A stretch of 64,000 bases of DNA. Source: an uncultured Trueperaceae bacterium (GTDB taxonomy: Bacteria > Deinococcota > Deinococci > Deinococcales > Trueperaceae). Shown here piece after piece: positions 40,976-49,856 of the stretch. Numbering within the stretch: the first letter of the stretch is position 1; every line of letters begins with the position of its first letter. The translations under genes and the position numbers were made by a program. The stretch lies in contig CAWFFU010000012.1 of assembly GCA_963815215.1 (NCBI GenBank), forward strand, positions 1-64,000, read 5' to 3'. Below the pieces are notes generated by a model. The model worked only from the letters and a program-made list of their open reading frames with translations. It was not told the origin of the DNA and searched no databases.

Positions 40976-41611
40976 TCACCAGGTGGCGAGCAGCAGCAGC
41001 GCGGCTGCCCGCTCGAGCTTGTTCACGGGATTGGGAGTGAGCTTCACCACCCCGTCGACGGCCTCGGCGATCAACTCCAGGTCGGCGCGGGGCGTGCCCT
41101 CGCCGGCCTCGATCTCGACCTCGTCGAAGTAGGCGCTGCGCTCGGCGCCGGGCGCGCGTGCGGACACGGCGTCGAAGGCGAGCTGGGCCACCTCGTTGCC
41201 GTCGCGCAGCAGCCGGAAGAGAACGCGCGTGGTGTCGAGCTCGACGCCGGGCCGTAGGGCCGCGGGCTCGACGAGCCCTTCGAGCCGCGCCAGGATGGCG
41301 TCGGGCCAGGCGGCGTCCGGGCCGGCGCCCGTTACGGGGAGCTCCAACTCGTCGCGCTCGTGCAGCGCGGCGTCGGTCGATCCGGCCGACTTGACCCCCG
41401 CCAGGGTGGTCCCGCCCAGGCGTCGCCTGCGCAGGGCGATGCCGGCCTGGCGCAGGTGCCCGGCGGGGTCGTCGTAGTAGAGATCGTGCAGCTCCTGCAC
41501 GGGCGCGGCCACGGCCTCGAAGGGGGTGGCCGCGAGCGCGGCCCGGAGCTCGCTCAACGACGGCACGTAGGCGTCCAGCACCGAGAACTTGAGCTCGCGC
41601 TCGATGGGCAT
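40976..41611 (-). CDS. CYTH domain protein
   Basis: ERELKF (ExExK), D.YYD, LRRR, EVEIE. Confidence 0.85.
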   Translation of the reverse strand: MPIERELKFSVLDAYVPSLSELRAALAATPFEAVAAPVQELHDLYYDDPAGHLRQAGIALRRRRLGGTTLAGVKSAGSTDAALHERDELELPVTGAGPDAAWPDAILARLEGLVEPAALRPGVELDTTRVLFRLLRDGNEVAQLAFDAVSARAPGAERSAYFDEVEIEAGEGTPRADLELIAEAVDGVVKLTPNPVNKLERAAALLLLATW

Positions 41612-41851
41612 GACCGAGTCTACTTCGGGCCGGGCGGCGCCGGCCGCCCGGCCACCGCGGAGGGGTGGGCCGTCGGGCGCGCGCGAACGCCGGAAACTAT
41701 CGTGCCCGACGTGTTGTCGCAAGGGGCAAGCGGCCCTTCGGGAGCGTACCGACCGGTGGTATACTCACCGAACCTAGGCAGCCGTGCCTGGCTTCATGGA
41801 CCTCGTGCCCGTGTTCACCGCGCGTACCAGCACGAAAGGAAGCCGATTCCG

Positions 41852-43900
41852 ATGCCCAACATCCGCAACGTGGCCGTCCTCTCGCACAGCGGAGCGGGGA
41901 AGACGTCGCTCGTCGAGGCGATGCTCTACCGCGCCGGTGCGATCCCCAACCTCGGCAGGGTCGAAGACGGGGGTACGGTCTCCGACCATACTCCCGAGGA
42001 GAAGCGCCGCAAGATCTCCATCTACACCTCGATCCACCCCTACACCTGGAAGGGCGAGACCTTCAACGTCCTGGACACGCCGGGCTACGCCGATTTCACC
42101 GGTGAGATCCGCGGCGCCCAGTCCGCGGCCGATGCTGCGCTGGTGGTGGTGTCGGCGGTCTCGGGCGTGGCGGTCGGGACCGAGCGGGTATGGTCCTCGA
42201 GCGTGGAGCGCGAGCTCTCCAGCCTGTTCGTCATCAACAAGATGGATCGCGAGAACGCCGACTTCTTCCGTACCATGGCCGACATCGAGGCCACCTTGCA
42301 GGGCAACATCGCGGCCATCCAGGTCCCCATCGGCCAGGCCGAGGACTTCCGAGGCATCGTCGACCTGCTCACCATGAAGGCCTACGTCTGGCCCGAGGGC
42401 GAGCCGCAGGAGGTGCCGGTCCCCGACGAGGTGGCCGGGGTGGCGATGGAGTACCGCGACCGCCTCATCGAGGCCATCGTCGAGACCGACGACGAGCTGA
42501 TGATGCAGTACCTGGAGGACGCCGACCTCGACCCGGACGCCCTCATGCGCGCCTTCGACGAGGCGGTCCGGGCCGGTGAGCTCACGCCGGTGCTCCTCAC
42601 CTCGGCCACGCGCGTCATGGGGGTCAGCCTGTTGATGGACTTCATGGTGCACGGTGTGCGCCACGTGCAGGATCATCGGCCGCTGACCGTCGAGAAGGGC
42701 GAGTCTCCGGAGCTCGGCGAGGGGCATCCGTTCGGCGCCCGCGTCTTCAAGACGGTGGTCGATCCCTACCTCGGCAAGGTCTCGCTGATGCGCGTGCTGT
42801 CCGGCACCGTCAAGTCGGGCCAGAACGTGCACGATCCGAACCGTGAGGCCGACATCCGGGTGTCGCACCTGTACGTGCCCAACGGCAAGGACCTCAGCGA
42901 GGTCAGGGAGCTCGGCGCCGGCATGATCGGTGCCATCACCAAGGTCGAAGAGGTCAAGACCGGCGACACGCTGTGCGATCCGTCCCACGTGTTCCAGCTC
43001 GCGCCGATCCGCTTCCCCTCACCCGTCATGGCGCTGGCGCTGACGCCCAAGTCGCGCGGTGACGAGGACAAGATGTCCGATGGGCTCCACAAGCTGCTCG
43101 ACGCCGATCCGACCCTGCTGCTCGAGCGCAACGCCGACACCCACGAGACGGTGCTGTGGGGGATGGGCCACGTGCATCTCGAGATCGCCGTCAACGCCCT
43201 CAAGGACCGGTTCGGGGTCGAGGTCGAGACCCGGCCCCCCTCGGTCGCCTACCGCGAGACCATCGGCGGCAGCGGCGACGCCCGCTACCGCCACAAGAAG
43301 CAGACGGGCGGCGCCGGCCAGTTCGCCGAGGTGGCGCTGCGGGTCGCCCCGCTGGCGCGAGGCGAGGGCTTCCAGTTCAACTGGAAGGTCGTCGGCGGCT
43401 CCATCCCCTCGCAGTTCCACCCGAGCTGCGAGAAGGGGGTCAAGAGTGCCCTGGAGTCCGGGGTGTTGGGCATGTTCCCGGTGCAGGACGTGATGGTCGA
43501 GGTGTACGACGGCAAGGACCACCCCGTCGACTCCAAGGACATCGCCTTCCAGATCGCGGCGGCCCAGGCCTTCAAGGAGGCCATGCACCAGGCCAAGCCC
43601 GTGCTGCTCGAGCCCGTGGCGCTGCTCAAGGTGCGGGTCCCCGACCGTTACACCGGCGACGTCATCTCCGATCTGAACACCCGTCGCGGGCGCATCCTGG
43701 GCATGGACACCGAAGGCTCGGTGAGTGTGGTCAGCGCTCACGTGCCGATGGCCGAGATCCTGAGCTACTCGCCGGACCTGCGCTCGATGACCGGCGGTCG
43801 GGGTGTGTTCTCCCTCAAGTTCGACCACTACGATGTGGTTCCGGCCCAGGTCGCCGAACGGGTCGTGTCCGAGCGCCAGCAGGAGAAGGCGGCCTCGTAG
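41852..43900 (+). CDS. fusA: Elongation factor G-like paralog (EF-G2)
   Basis: HSGAGKTS, DTPGYADF, NKMDRE, YRETI, KKQTGGAGQF, DGK.H.VDS; not adjacent to str-operon genes. Confidence 0.9.
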   Translation: MPNIRNVAVLSHSGAGKTSLVEAMLYRAGAIPNLGRVEDGGTVSDHTPEEKRRKISIYTSIHPYTWKGETFNVLDTPGYADFTGEIRGAQSAADAALVVVSAVSGVAVGTERVWSSSVERELSSLFVINKMDRENADFFRTMADIEATLQGNIAAIQVPIGQAEDFRGIVDLLTMKAYVWPEGEPQEVPVPDEVAGVAMEYRDRLIEAIVETDDELMMQYLEDADLDPDALMRAFDEAVRAGELTPVLLTSATRVMGVSLLMDFMVHGVRHVQDHRPLTVEKGESPELGEGHPFGARVFKTVVDPYLGKVSLMRVLSGTVKSGQNVHDPNREADIRVSHLYVPNGKDLSEVRELGAGMIGAITKVEEVKTGDTLCDPSHVFQLAPIRFPSPVMALALTPKSRGDEDKMSDGLHKLLDADPTLLLERNADTHETVLWGMGHVHLEIAVNALKDRFGVEVETRPPSVAYRETIGGSGDARYRHKKQTGGAGQFAEVALRVAPLARGEGFQFNWKVVGGSIPSQFHPSCEKGVKSALESGVLGMFPVQDVMVEVYDGKDHPVDSKDIAFQIAAAQAFKEAMHQAKPVLLEPVALLKVRVPDRYTGDVISDLNTRRGRILGMDTEGSVSVVSAHVPMAEILSYSPDLRSMTGGRGVFSLKFDHYDVVPAQVAERVVSERQQEKAAS

Positions 43901-43927
43901 CGGGGCGGCCGTGGCTCGCCGCGGGGA

Positions 43928-43953
43928 CGCCGGGGTCCGTGTCGGCCCCGGCG
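43928..43953. terminator. GC-rich hairpin between the convergent EF-G2 and ccdA genes
   Basis: cgccggggtc..ggccccggcg stem; no U-tract. Confidence 0.3.
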
Positions 43954-43963
43954 GATGCCGGCT

Positions 43964-44722
43964 CTAGCGCCTCTGGGGCGTGAGGAGCGGAGCCAGGTTC
44001 ATGCCGCTGAGGTAGGCCAGGAACGACGGCAGGATGGGCAGCACGCAAGGGGAGAGGAACGACAGGGCGCCGGCCCCGAAGGCCAGCGCCAGGGTGGGTG
44101 CGGCCATGGTGCCGAACAGCGCGCTCTCGGCGCTGCCCAGGTTGGCCAGGTAGGGGGACAGGGCGTTGAGCGCTCCGGTCAGCAGCAGCACGCCCACGGC
44201 GATGAGCAGCACCGCCCCGACCTTCTCGAGCATGCCCGAGTAGCGCCGCAGTGCCCGTGTCGCCGGCAGGAGCTGGGACAGCGCCAGGAACGGCAGCGAG
44301 AAGCCCAGCGAGTAGGCGAACAGCAGGAGCCCGCCCTGGGCCCCGCCGCCGCTGGTGGCCGCGATGCCCAGGATGCCGGCCAGGATCGGCCCGATGCAGG
44401 GCGTCCAGCCCGCGGCGAAGGCGACCCCCACGACCGCCGAGCCCAGGTAACCGCTGGGCTTGCGCATGAGGTGGACGCGCAGCTCCTGCTTGAACACGGG
44501 CAGCGGCAGCACGTCGAGCATGATGACGCCCATCACCACCAACAGCGCCCCGGCGACGACGCGCAGGACGCCGCCGTAGGCGAACAGCAGGTGGCTGAGC
44601 AGGCCGGCACTGAAGCCCAGCGCCACGAACACGGCCGACAGGCCGGCGACGAAGGACAGGGTGTGCAGCGCCAGGTGCAGCCGGAGTGGGAGCGCGGCTT
44701 CGGCGCTCGCGTCCGCCCTCAC
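43964..44722 (-). CDS. ccdA: Cytochrome c biogenesis protein CcdA, circularly permuted
   Basis: Central GWTPCIGPIL; the normally N-terminal AFGAG.LSFLSPCVLP motif is at the C-terminus. Confidence 0.85.
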   Translation of the reverse strand: MRADASAEAALPLRLHLALHTLSFVAGLSAVFVALGFSAGLLSHLLFAYGGVLRVVAGALLVVMGVIMLDVLPLPVFKQELRVHLMRKPSGYLGSAVVGVAFAAGWTPCIGPILAGILGIAATSGGGAQGGLLLFAYSLGFSLPFLALSQLLPATRALRRYSGMLEKVGAVLLIAVGVLLLTGALNALSPYLANLGSAESALFGTMAAPTLALAFGAGALSFLSPCVLPILPSFLAYLSGMNLAPLLTPQRR

Positions 44723-44768
44723 GATGGTGCCTTCACGATGGTGCCTTCATAGCGGCGCCTTCATAGCG
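44719..44768. repeat. Four 14-bp tandem units linking the hemC-like stop and the ccdA start
   Basis: tcacgatggtgcct x2, tcatagcggcgcct, tcatagcg. Confidence 0.85.
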
Positions 44769-45654
44769 CGGTGAGCTGACTGCGAACGTCCTGCGCGAGC
44801 TCCCGGCCCAGCTCGTCGGCTTCCTTGGCCTCGCCGCTGACGCTCGCCTGCAGCGTCGTCTCGCCCCGCAGCACGGTGCCGAGGAGGGTGAGCTCGCCAT
44901 CGTCGGTGACGTTGGCCAGCGCGCCGACCACGCACTCCCGGCAGATGTCGTCGCTGTCGGCCGGGCCCTGCCTCAGGGCGCTGGCGAAGCTGCGCTCGGC
45001 ACGGACCCGGTCGAAGCTCGGGCGGTGCTGCAGCGAATAGGCCACTTCGAAGGCGAGGTCGTCGTCGGCGCGCACCAGCAGGCCGAGAGCGCCCTGGCCC
45101 GGTGTGGGCGCGAAGGTCTCGGGGTCGAGCACGGTATCGAGCCGGTTGCGGTGGTCCAGGGCGATGAGTGTGGCGGCCGGGATCAGCAGCCCATCGAGCT
45201 CGCCGGACGTGAGCAGCTTCAGGGTCGCCTCCAACGTGCCGGAGACCTCGACCGCCTCGACCGCCAGGTGCTGGCCCGCCAGGTAGGCGGCGTCACGCGG
45301 TGTCAACACCCCGATGCGGGCGCCCTCCGGCAGCTCGGTGAGCGCGCGCGACCCCTTGGTCACCAACGCGGTGCGCGGGTCCAGGCGCCGGGACACCGCC
45401 GCCAGCGTGACCTCCTCGGGGAGCGTCAACGGCAGCGTCTCGAGCTGGGCCACCGCCACCCCGATGTCGCCCTTCAGCAATGCCTGCAACAGCGGATCGT
45501 CCCCGCCACTCGCCTTCGACTCGACGTCCTTGATGGTGCGGAGGGCGAAGTTCACGTCCGGCCACTCGTCCGTCAGCTGCTCGAGCACATCCCGAGCCTG
45601 GCGCAGCGCGAGTGCGCCGTCGCGGTTGCCCAGCACGATTCTTGCCATGGCCAT
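44761..45654 (-). CDS. Hydroxymethylbilane synthase (HemC)-like protein with a degenerate active site
   Basis: Scaffold motifs retained (R..ALA..Q, DPR.AL, LP.GA.IG, P.PGQGALG, AERSF); catalytic motifs replaced. Confidence 0.75.
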   Translation of the reverse strand: MAMARIVLGNRDGALALRQARDVLEQLTDEWPDVNFALRTIKDVESKASGGDDPLLQALLKGDIGVAVAQLETLPLTLPEEVTLAAVSRRLDPRTALVTKGSRALTELPEGARIGVLTPRDAAYLAGQHLAVEAVEVSGTLEATLKLLTSGELDGLLIPAATLIALDHRNRLDTVLDPETFAPTPGQGALGLLVRADDDLAFEVAYSLQHRPSFDRVRAERSFASALRQGPADSDDICRECVVGALANVTDDGELTLLGTVLRGETTLQASVSGEAKEADELGRELAQDVRSQLTAL

Positions 45655-45738
45655 GTTGTATCACACTCTGCGGCCCCGGCGGATGCGAGAAAACCTCTGT
45701 GGAAGGGCATCGGTGGCGCGCCTCAGGACGCTCCCGGA

Positions 45739-46914
45739 TCAGGCGATCGCCAGCGCCTGTTCCTTGAGCTCGTCCACCCGATCGGTGCGCTCCCAGGGGA
45801 AGCCGTTGCGGCCGAAGTGGCCGTAAGCGCTGGTGGCGGTGTAGATGGGGCGGCGCAGGTCGAGCTGGGCGATGATCGAGGCCGGGCGGGCGTCGAACAC
45901 GCGACCGATGAGGTCTCCGAGGCGGTCGTCGCCCAGCTCGGAGGTGCCGAAGGTGTCGACGTACATGCCCACCGGGTGGGCAACGCCGATGGCGTAGGCG
46001 AGCTGCACCTGGCAGCGTTCGGCCAGACCCGCCGCGACCACGTTCTTGGCGATGTAGCGGGCGTAGTAGCTGGCCGAGCGGTCGACCTTGGTGGGGTCCT
46101 TGCCGCTGAAAGCGCCGCCGCCGTGCGGCACCGCGCCTCCGTAGGTGTCGACGATGATCTTGCGGCCCGTGAGGCCGGCGTCGGCCTGGGGACCGCCGCG
46201 CACGAAGCGGCCGGTGGGATTGACGAGGTAGCGGGTCCGCTCGTCGAGCAGGCCGTCGGGGATCACGGGGCGCACCACGTGCTCCTTGACCTCCTCGCGC
46301 AGGCGCTCGAGCGTCACGTCGGGATCGTGCTGCGCCGAAACGACCACGGTCCGCACGTGCGTCGCCCGGTCTCCCTCGTAGCCGAGCGTGACCTGCGCCT
46401 TGCCGTCGGGGCGCAGGTAGGGCAGAGTGCCGTCCTTGCGGACCGTGGCCATGCGCTGCGTCAGGGCATGCGCGAGCATGATCGGCAACGGCATCAGCTC
46501 GGGTGTCTCGTGGGTGGCGTAGCCGAACATCAGCCCCTGGTCGCCGGCTCCGACGAGGTCGAAGTCGTCGCCGCTGTCGGCTTCCTGGGCGCGATCGACG
46601 CCCAGCGCGATGTCGGGTGACTGCTCGTTGACCGCGATCAACACCGCGCTGTGATCGGCGTCGATGCCGTAGGACGCGTCGGTGTAGCCGACCTCGCGCA
46701 CCGCCTTGCGAACGATCGCCTGGAAGTCGACGTAGCCGTGGCAGGTGATCTCGCCTGCGATGAGGGCCAGGCCGGTGGTGAGGATCGTCTCGGCAGCCAC
46801 CCGCGCATATGGGTCCTCGGCCAGGATGGCATCCAGGACGCTGTCACTGATGCGGTCCGCGAGCTTGTCGGGATGTCCCTCGTTCACCGATTCGGCGGAG
46901 ATGAGTCTGCGCAC
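45739..46914 (-). CDS. metK: S-adenosylmethionine synthetase
   Basis: [48 protein letters not shown]. Confidence 0.97.
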   Translation of the reverse strand: MRRLISAESVNEGHPDKLADRISDSVLDAILAEDPYARVAAETILTTGLALIAGEITCHGYVDFQAIVRKAVREVGYTDASYGIDADHSAVLIAVNEQSPDIALGVDRAQEADSGDDFDLVGAGDQGLMFGYATHETPELMPLPIMLAHALTQRMATVRKDGTLPYLRPDGKAQVTLGYEGDRATHVRTVVVSAQHDPDVTLERLREEVKEHVVRPVIPDGLLDERTRYLVNPTGRFVRGGPQADAGLTGRKIIVDTYGGAVPHGGGAFSGKDPTKVDRSASYYARYIAKNVVAAGLAERCQVQLAYAIGVAHPVGMYVDTFGTSELGDDRLGDLIGRVFDARPASIIAQLDLRRPIYTATSAYGHFGRNGFPWERTDRVDELKEQALAIA

Positions 46915-47100
46915 GCCTGTGTCCTCCAGGGGGAGCCGTGGTAACCGGGCGCGCCCGCTACGGAACGCGCGCCGTTCGATTCGCCATGCTAGCAGGGCGC
47001 GGGCCGGCGCAGCGTGCCGCACGATGGCGTTCCGAGGCGGCGCCTTCGCCGACGCGGGGCGGGCGCCCGGGACGGACGTTGCCGCCGCGCGGGACGTGGC

Positions 47101-47106
47101 TATACT
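47101..47106 (+). promoter_or_regulatory. -10 box TATACT 5 nt before the GNAT ATG (example of many leaderless-type promoters in the window)
   Basis: TANNNT 5-9 nt upstream of a start codon with no SD, recurring at more than a dozen genes. Confidence 0.7.
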
Positions 47107-47111
47107 CGGGC

Positions 47112-47636
47112 ATGCGGGACACCCACGTGGGGCACGCCATCCGCCGCGCGAACACGGGCGACGCTCACGAGGTCGTTCGGCTGATGCGCACCATCTACCT
47201 CGAGGGCCGCTACTTCGTCGGCGACGGTCCGCCCCAGCCGGAGTCGCTTGCGCGTCGCATCGTCGGGGACGACCCCGTCCATGCGCTGTACCTGGTGGCG
47301 GAGGTCCGGCGCGATTCCGAGCCCGAGCTGGGCGGCTGGCTCGAGCTCCACCGCATGCAGCCGCGTCGGCTGCAGCACGTTGCCGTCCTCACGGTGGCGG
47401 TGGCGCCCGAGTGGCGCCACCACGGTCTGGGCCGCGGGCTGTTGCGGCGCTGCTACGACTGGGCGCGCGACGTCGGCGTCGGCAAGGTGAGCCTCAACGT
47501 GCGCGCCGGTAATACCGCGGCGATCGCGCTGTACCTCTCCGAGGGGTTCGTCGAAGAGGGGCGCGAGCGCGCTCAGGTACGCACCGACGAAGGGGAGTTC
47601 GAGGACAACGTGATCATGGGGCGCTGGGTCGTGTGA
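47112..47636 (+). CDS. GNAT family N-acetyltransferase
   Basis: VAPEWR..GLG..L, N..AIALY...GF..EG. Confidence 0.88.
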   Translation: MRDTHVGHAIRRANTGDAHEVVRLMRTIYLEGRYFVGDGPPQPESLARRIVGDDPVHALYLVAEVRRDSEPELGGWLELHRMQPRRLQHVAVLTVAVAPEWRHHGLGRGLLRRCYDWARDVGVGKVSLNVRAGNTAAIALYLSEGFVEEGRERAQVRTDEGEFEDNVIMGRWVV

Positions 47637-47714
47637 GACCCGGCCGTGCGTGGCGGGCCGGACCGGGACCGTGGCGCGGCTGCGCGCCGCGCGGCCCTCG
47701 CCTAGACTGGCGTC

Positions 47715-48269
47715 ATGGCTGACCCGATTCCCGCCGCCGCGGCGCGGCCCGGCGTGACGGCCCCCGCCGCACGCGTCGCCCTGTTCGTCGACACCCAGAA
47801 TCTCTACTACGCCGCCCGCGACGGCTACGACGCGAGCGTCGACTATCAGCGCCTGCTCGATCTGGCGCTGCGCGGCCGCGAGCTCGCATCCGCCACCGCC
47901 TACGTGGTGGAGCGCGAAGGGGACAGCACGGCCTTCGGCTTCGTCACCAAGCTCTCCGCCCTGGGGTTCCGTGTGCGGCGCCGCAGCGTGCGGGTGCACC
48001 GCACCGACGAGGGCGGCGGCACCGTCATGGAGGGCGACTGGGACATGGGCATCGCCGCCGACATGGTGCGGTCGCTGCCCTACGTCGAGGTGCTGGTGCT
48101 GGGCTCCGGCGACGGCGACTTCGTGCCCATGCTGGAACTCGCCCAACAGCGCGGCGCCCGGGTGGAGGTGCTCGCCTTCCGTGAGGCCGCCGCTCAGACC
48201 CTCATCGATCTCGCCGACCGCTTCACCCACCTTCCGGACGAGCCCGGCGTCTTCGTACGCAGGTCCTGA
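47715..48269 (+). CDS. NYN domain (LabA/DUF88) protein
   Basis: FVDTQNL, D.D.GIA.D, SGDGDF.P, LAD.F. Confidence 0.88.
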   Translation: MADPIPAAAARPGVTAPAARVALFVDTQNLYYAARDGYDASVDYQRLLDLALRGRELASATAYVVEREGDSTAFGFVTKLSALGFRVRRRSVRVHRTDEGGGTVMEGDWDMGIAADMVRSLPYVEVLVLGSGDGDFVPMLELAQQRGARVEVLAFREAAAQTLIDLADRFTHLPDEPGVFVRRS

Positions 48270-48276
48270 GGCGCGC

Positions 48277-49713
48277 CTAGGTTCGGGTCTCGAACAGGTC
48301 GGCGCCCGCTCCCCCGCCTCCAGCGATCGCGTCCGCGCAGGCGCTCGGCCGCACCGGCCAGGCCCGGGCGGTAGCCTCCCCCGTGGTGCGCCAGGTCCCC
48401 TCCGCTAGCCAGTCGCCGTCGACGAGCTCCAGATAGTCGTAGGTTGCGGTGACCACGTCCAGCCAGGCGCGGTAGACGGCGTTCTCACGTGCCAGCAGGG
48501 CGCGGCACGCGCTCGGCGAGGCACCGGTGGCGCCGGCGTCCCGCCAGGCGCCGAGCTCGGCGTCGAGCAGCGCGGCGGCGTCGTCGACGGCCGTGCGCGC
48601 TCGCCCGACGTCGTCCGGGTAGCCCGCGTCCAGCGCGTCGAGCGCGGCGCCCGCCCGCCGCACGCCTTCGTCTGCGGCCGCCTGGACGTCCTCGGTGCTG
48701 CCGTCCAGGCGCAGGCGGGCGCTCAGCGCCACGCTCCACTGGTCGTCCTCCTGTGCGCCGAGCTGGCCGTCGAGGTCGGCGGCGGGGCGGCCTCGGTCGA
48801 GCGACAGCGAAGCGCTCACCTGGTAGTCGTAGCTGCTCGACTCGTAGGTGGCCACCAGCGTGACGTCCCGCACCACGTCGAAGGGGACGCTGTCGCGCCG
48901 CACGATGGCCCGCTGCAGCTCGAGCTGCAAGCGCTCGCGTTGGGGCGCCCGGGTGCCGGGTCCCGGGAGGGCGAAGCGCAGGGGCACGAAGCGGGCGGCC
49001 CCCTGGAAACCGAGGCGTGCCGCCTGCGCCTGAAGCGCCTCCAGCGCGTGGCGGCGCGCCTCCACCAGCACCTGGGCACGGCGCAGCGCGGGGCTCGGCG
49101 TCGGTGACGCGGCGCTGCGCCGCGTCCGGGCCAGGTCCAGCTCCGCCCGGTGGAGGGCCACCTCGGCCGCGAGCACCTTGCCGTGGAGCCGCAGTGTCGC
49201 CAGCACGTCGTTGCGGCGGTCGTGTCGCAACCGTTCCCGGGCCCGGAGCAGACCGGCGCGATCGGCCAGGATCGCCGCGGGGTCGTGGCGCCAGGCCAGG
49301 TCCAGCTCGACGTCGGCGGTGGCCCCGATCGCCGCCGGGTCCTCGACGTCGGCTCCATAGCTCAGGACCGGCCGAGCCGTGAGCGTGACGTCGGTGCCGG
49401 CGCGGCTCGCTCCCAGCGCACGCTCGGCGGCGTCGACCGCGGCCGCCTGCCGCACGGTGCGTTCCCCGTCGGGCGTGGCCACTAGCGCGTCGGCGGGCGC
49501 GAAGGCCAGTGCGGCCGGCGCCCACAGGAAGACGGCCAGAGCCGCAACGGCGCCCTTGCCGGCGGTACCCCTGCCAGCGGGAACCCTGCCAGCGGGAACC
49601 CTGCCGGCAGGAACCCTGCGCGCGGCGCCGCGCATCGCGGCGGACGGTCGTCGCGCACGGCCACAGGCGCGGCGCCGAGGCATGGCGCAACGGACGAGTT
49701 CCCCCATCTCCAT
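48277..49713 (-). CDS. Exported hypothetical protein, possibly TolC-like outer membrane channel
   Basis: Signal-like segment ending ALA; two repeats of a beta-strand pair plus long helices. Confidence 0.4.
   Translation of the reverse strand: MEMGELVRCAMPRRRACGRARRPSAAMRGAARRVPAGRVPAGRVPAGRGTAGKGAVAALAVFLWAPAALAFAPADALVATPDGERTVRQAAAVDAAERALGASRAGTDVTLTARPVLSYGADVEDPAAIGATADVELDLAWRHDPAAILADRAGLLRARERLRHDRRNDVLATLRLHGKVLAAEVALHRAELDLARTRRSAASPTPSPALRRAQVLVEARRHALEALQAQAARLGFQGAARFVPLRFALPGPGTRAPQRERLQLELQRAIVRRDSVPFDVVRDVTLVATYESSSYDYQVSASLSLDRGRPAADLDGQLGAQEDDQWSVALSARLRLDGSTEDVQAAADEGVRRAGAALDALDAGYPDDVGRARTAVDDAAALLDAELGAWRDAGATGASPSACRALLARENAVYRAWLDVVTATYDYLELVDGDWLAEGTWRTTGEATARAWPVRPSACADAIAGGGGAGADLFETRT
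49565..49618. repeat. 15-bp in-frame tandem repeat (VPAGR x3)
   Basis: accctgccagcggga units. Confidence 0.8.
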
Positions 49714-49804
49714 CCCCCCTTTTCGGACTTGCGAGCTGGTCGCAGTGTAGCAGAGGGTGGGAGCGGCCACGCACCGGCTCTCGCCGGCCCCAGACGGGCC
49801 CGAT

Positions 49805-49856
49805 CGGTGGTCTCAGCCGGTGGTCTCAGCCGGTGGTCTCAGCCGGTGGTCTCAGT
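49805..49856. repeat. Four 13-bp tandem units CGGTGGTCTCAGC containing the gatB stop
   Basis: Read directly at 49805, 49818, 49831 and 49844. Confidence 0.92.

Noticed and set aside
41852..43900. EF-G paralog as a ribosome-protection resistance gene
   Set aside because: DTPGY and its other motifs fit the known EF-G2 subfamily rather than TetM/TetO.
46915..47000. SAM riboswitch upstream of metK
   Set aside because: A short leader with one GC hairpin; no recognisable SAM-I/II/III consensus. An Rfam scan would be needed to exclude it.
47112..48269. GNAT-NYN toxin-antitoxin or defence pair
   Set aside because: Each gene has its own -10 box, there is no small antitoxin, and both are common families in a core context.
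49805..49856. CRISPR array or synthetic BsaI (GGTCTC) scars
   Set aside because: The units are contiguous 13-mers with no spacers; there are no cas genes or vector sequence.
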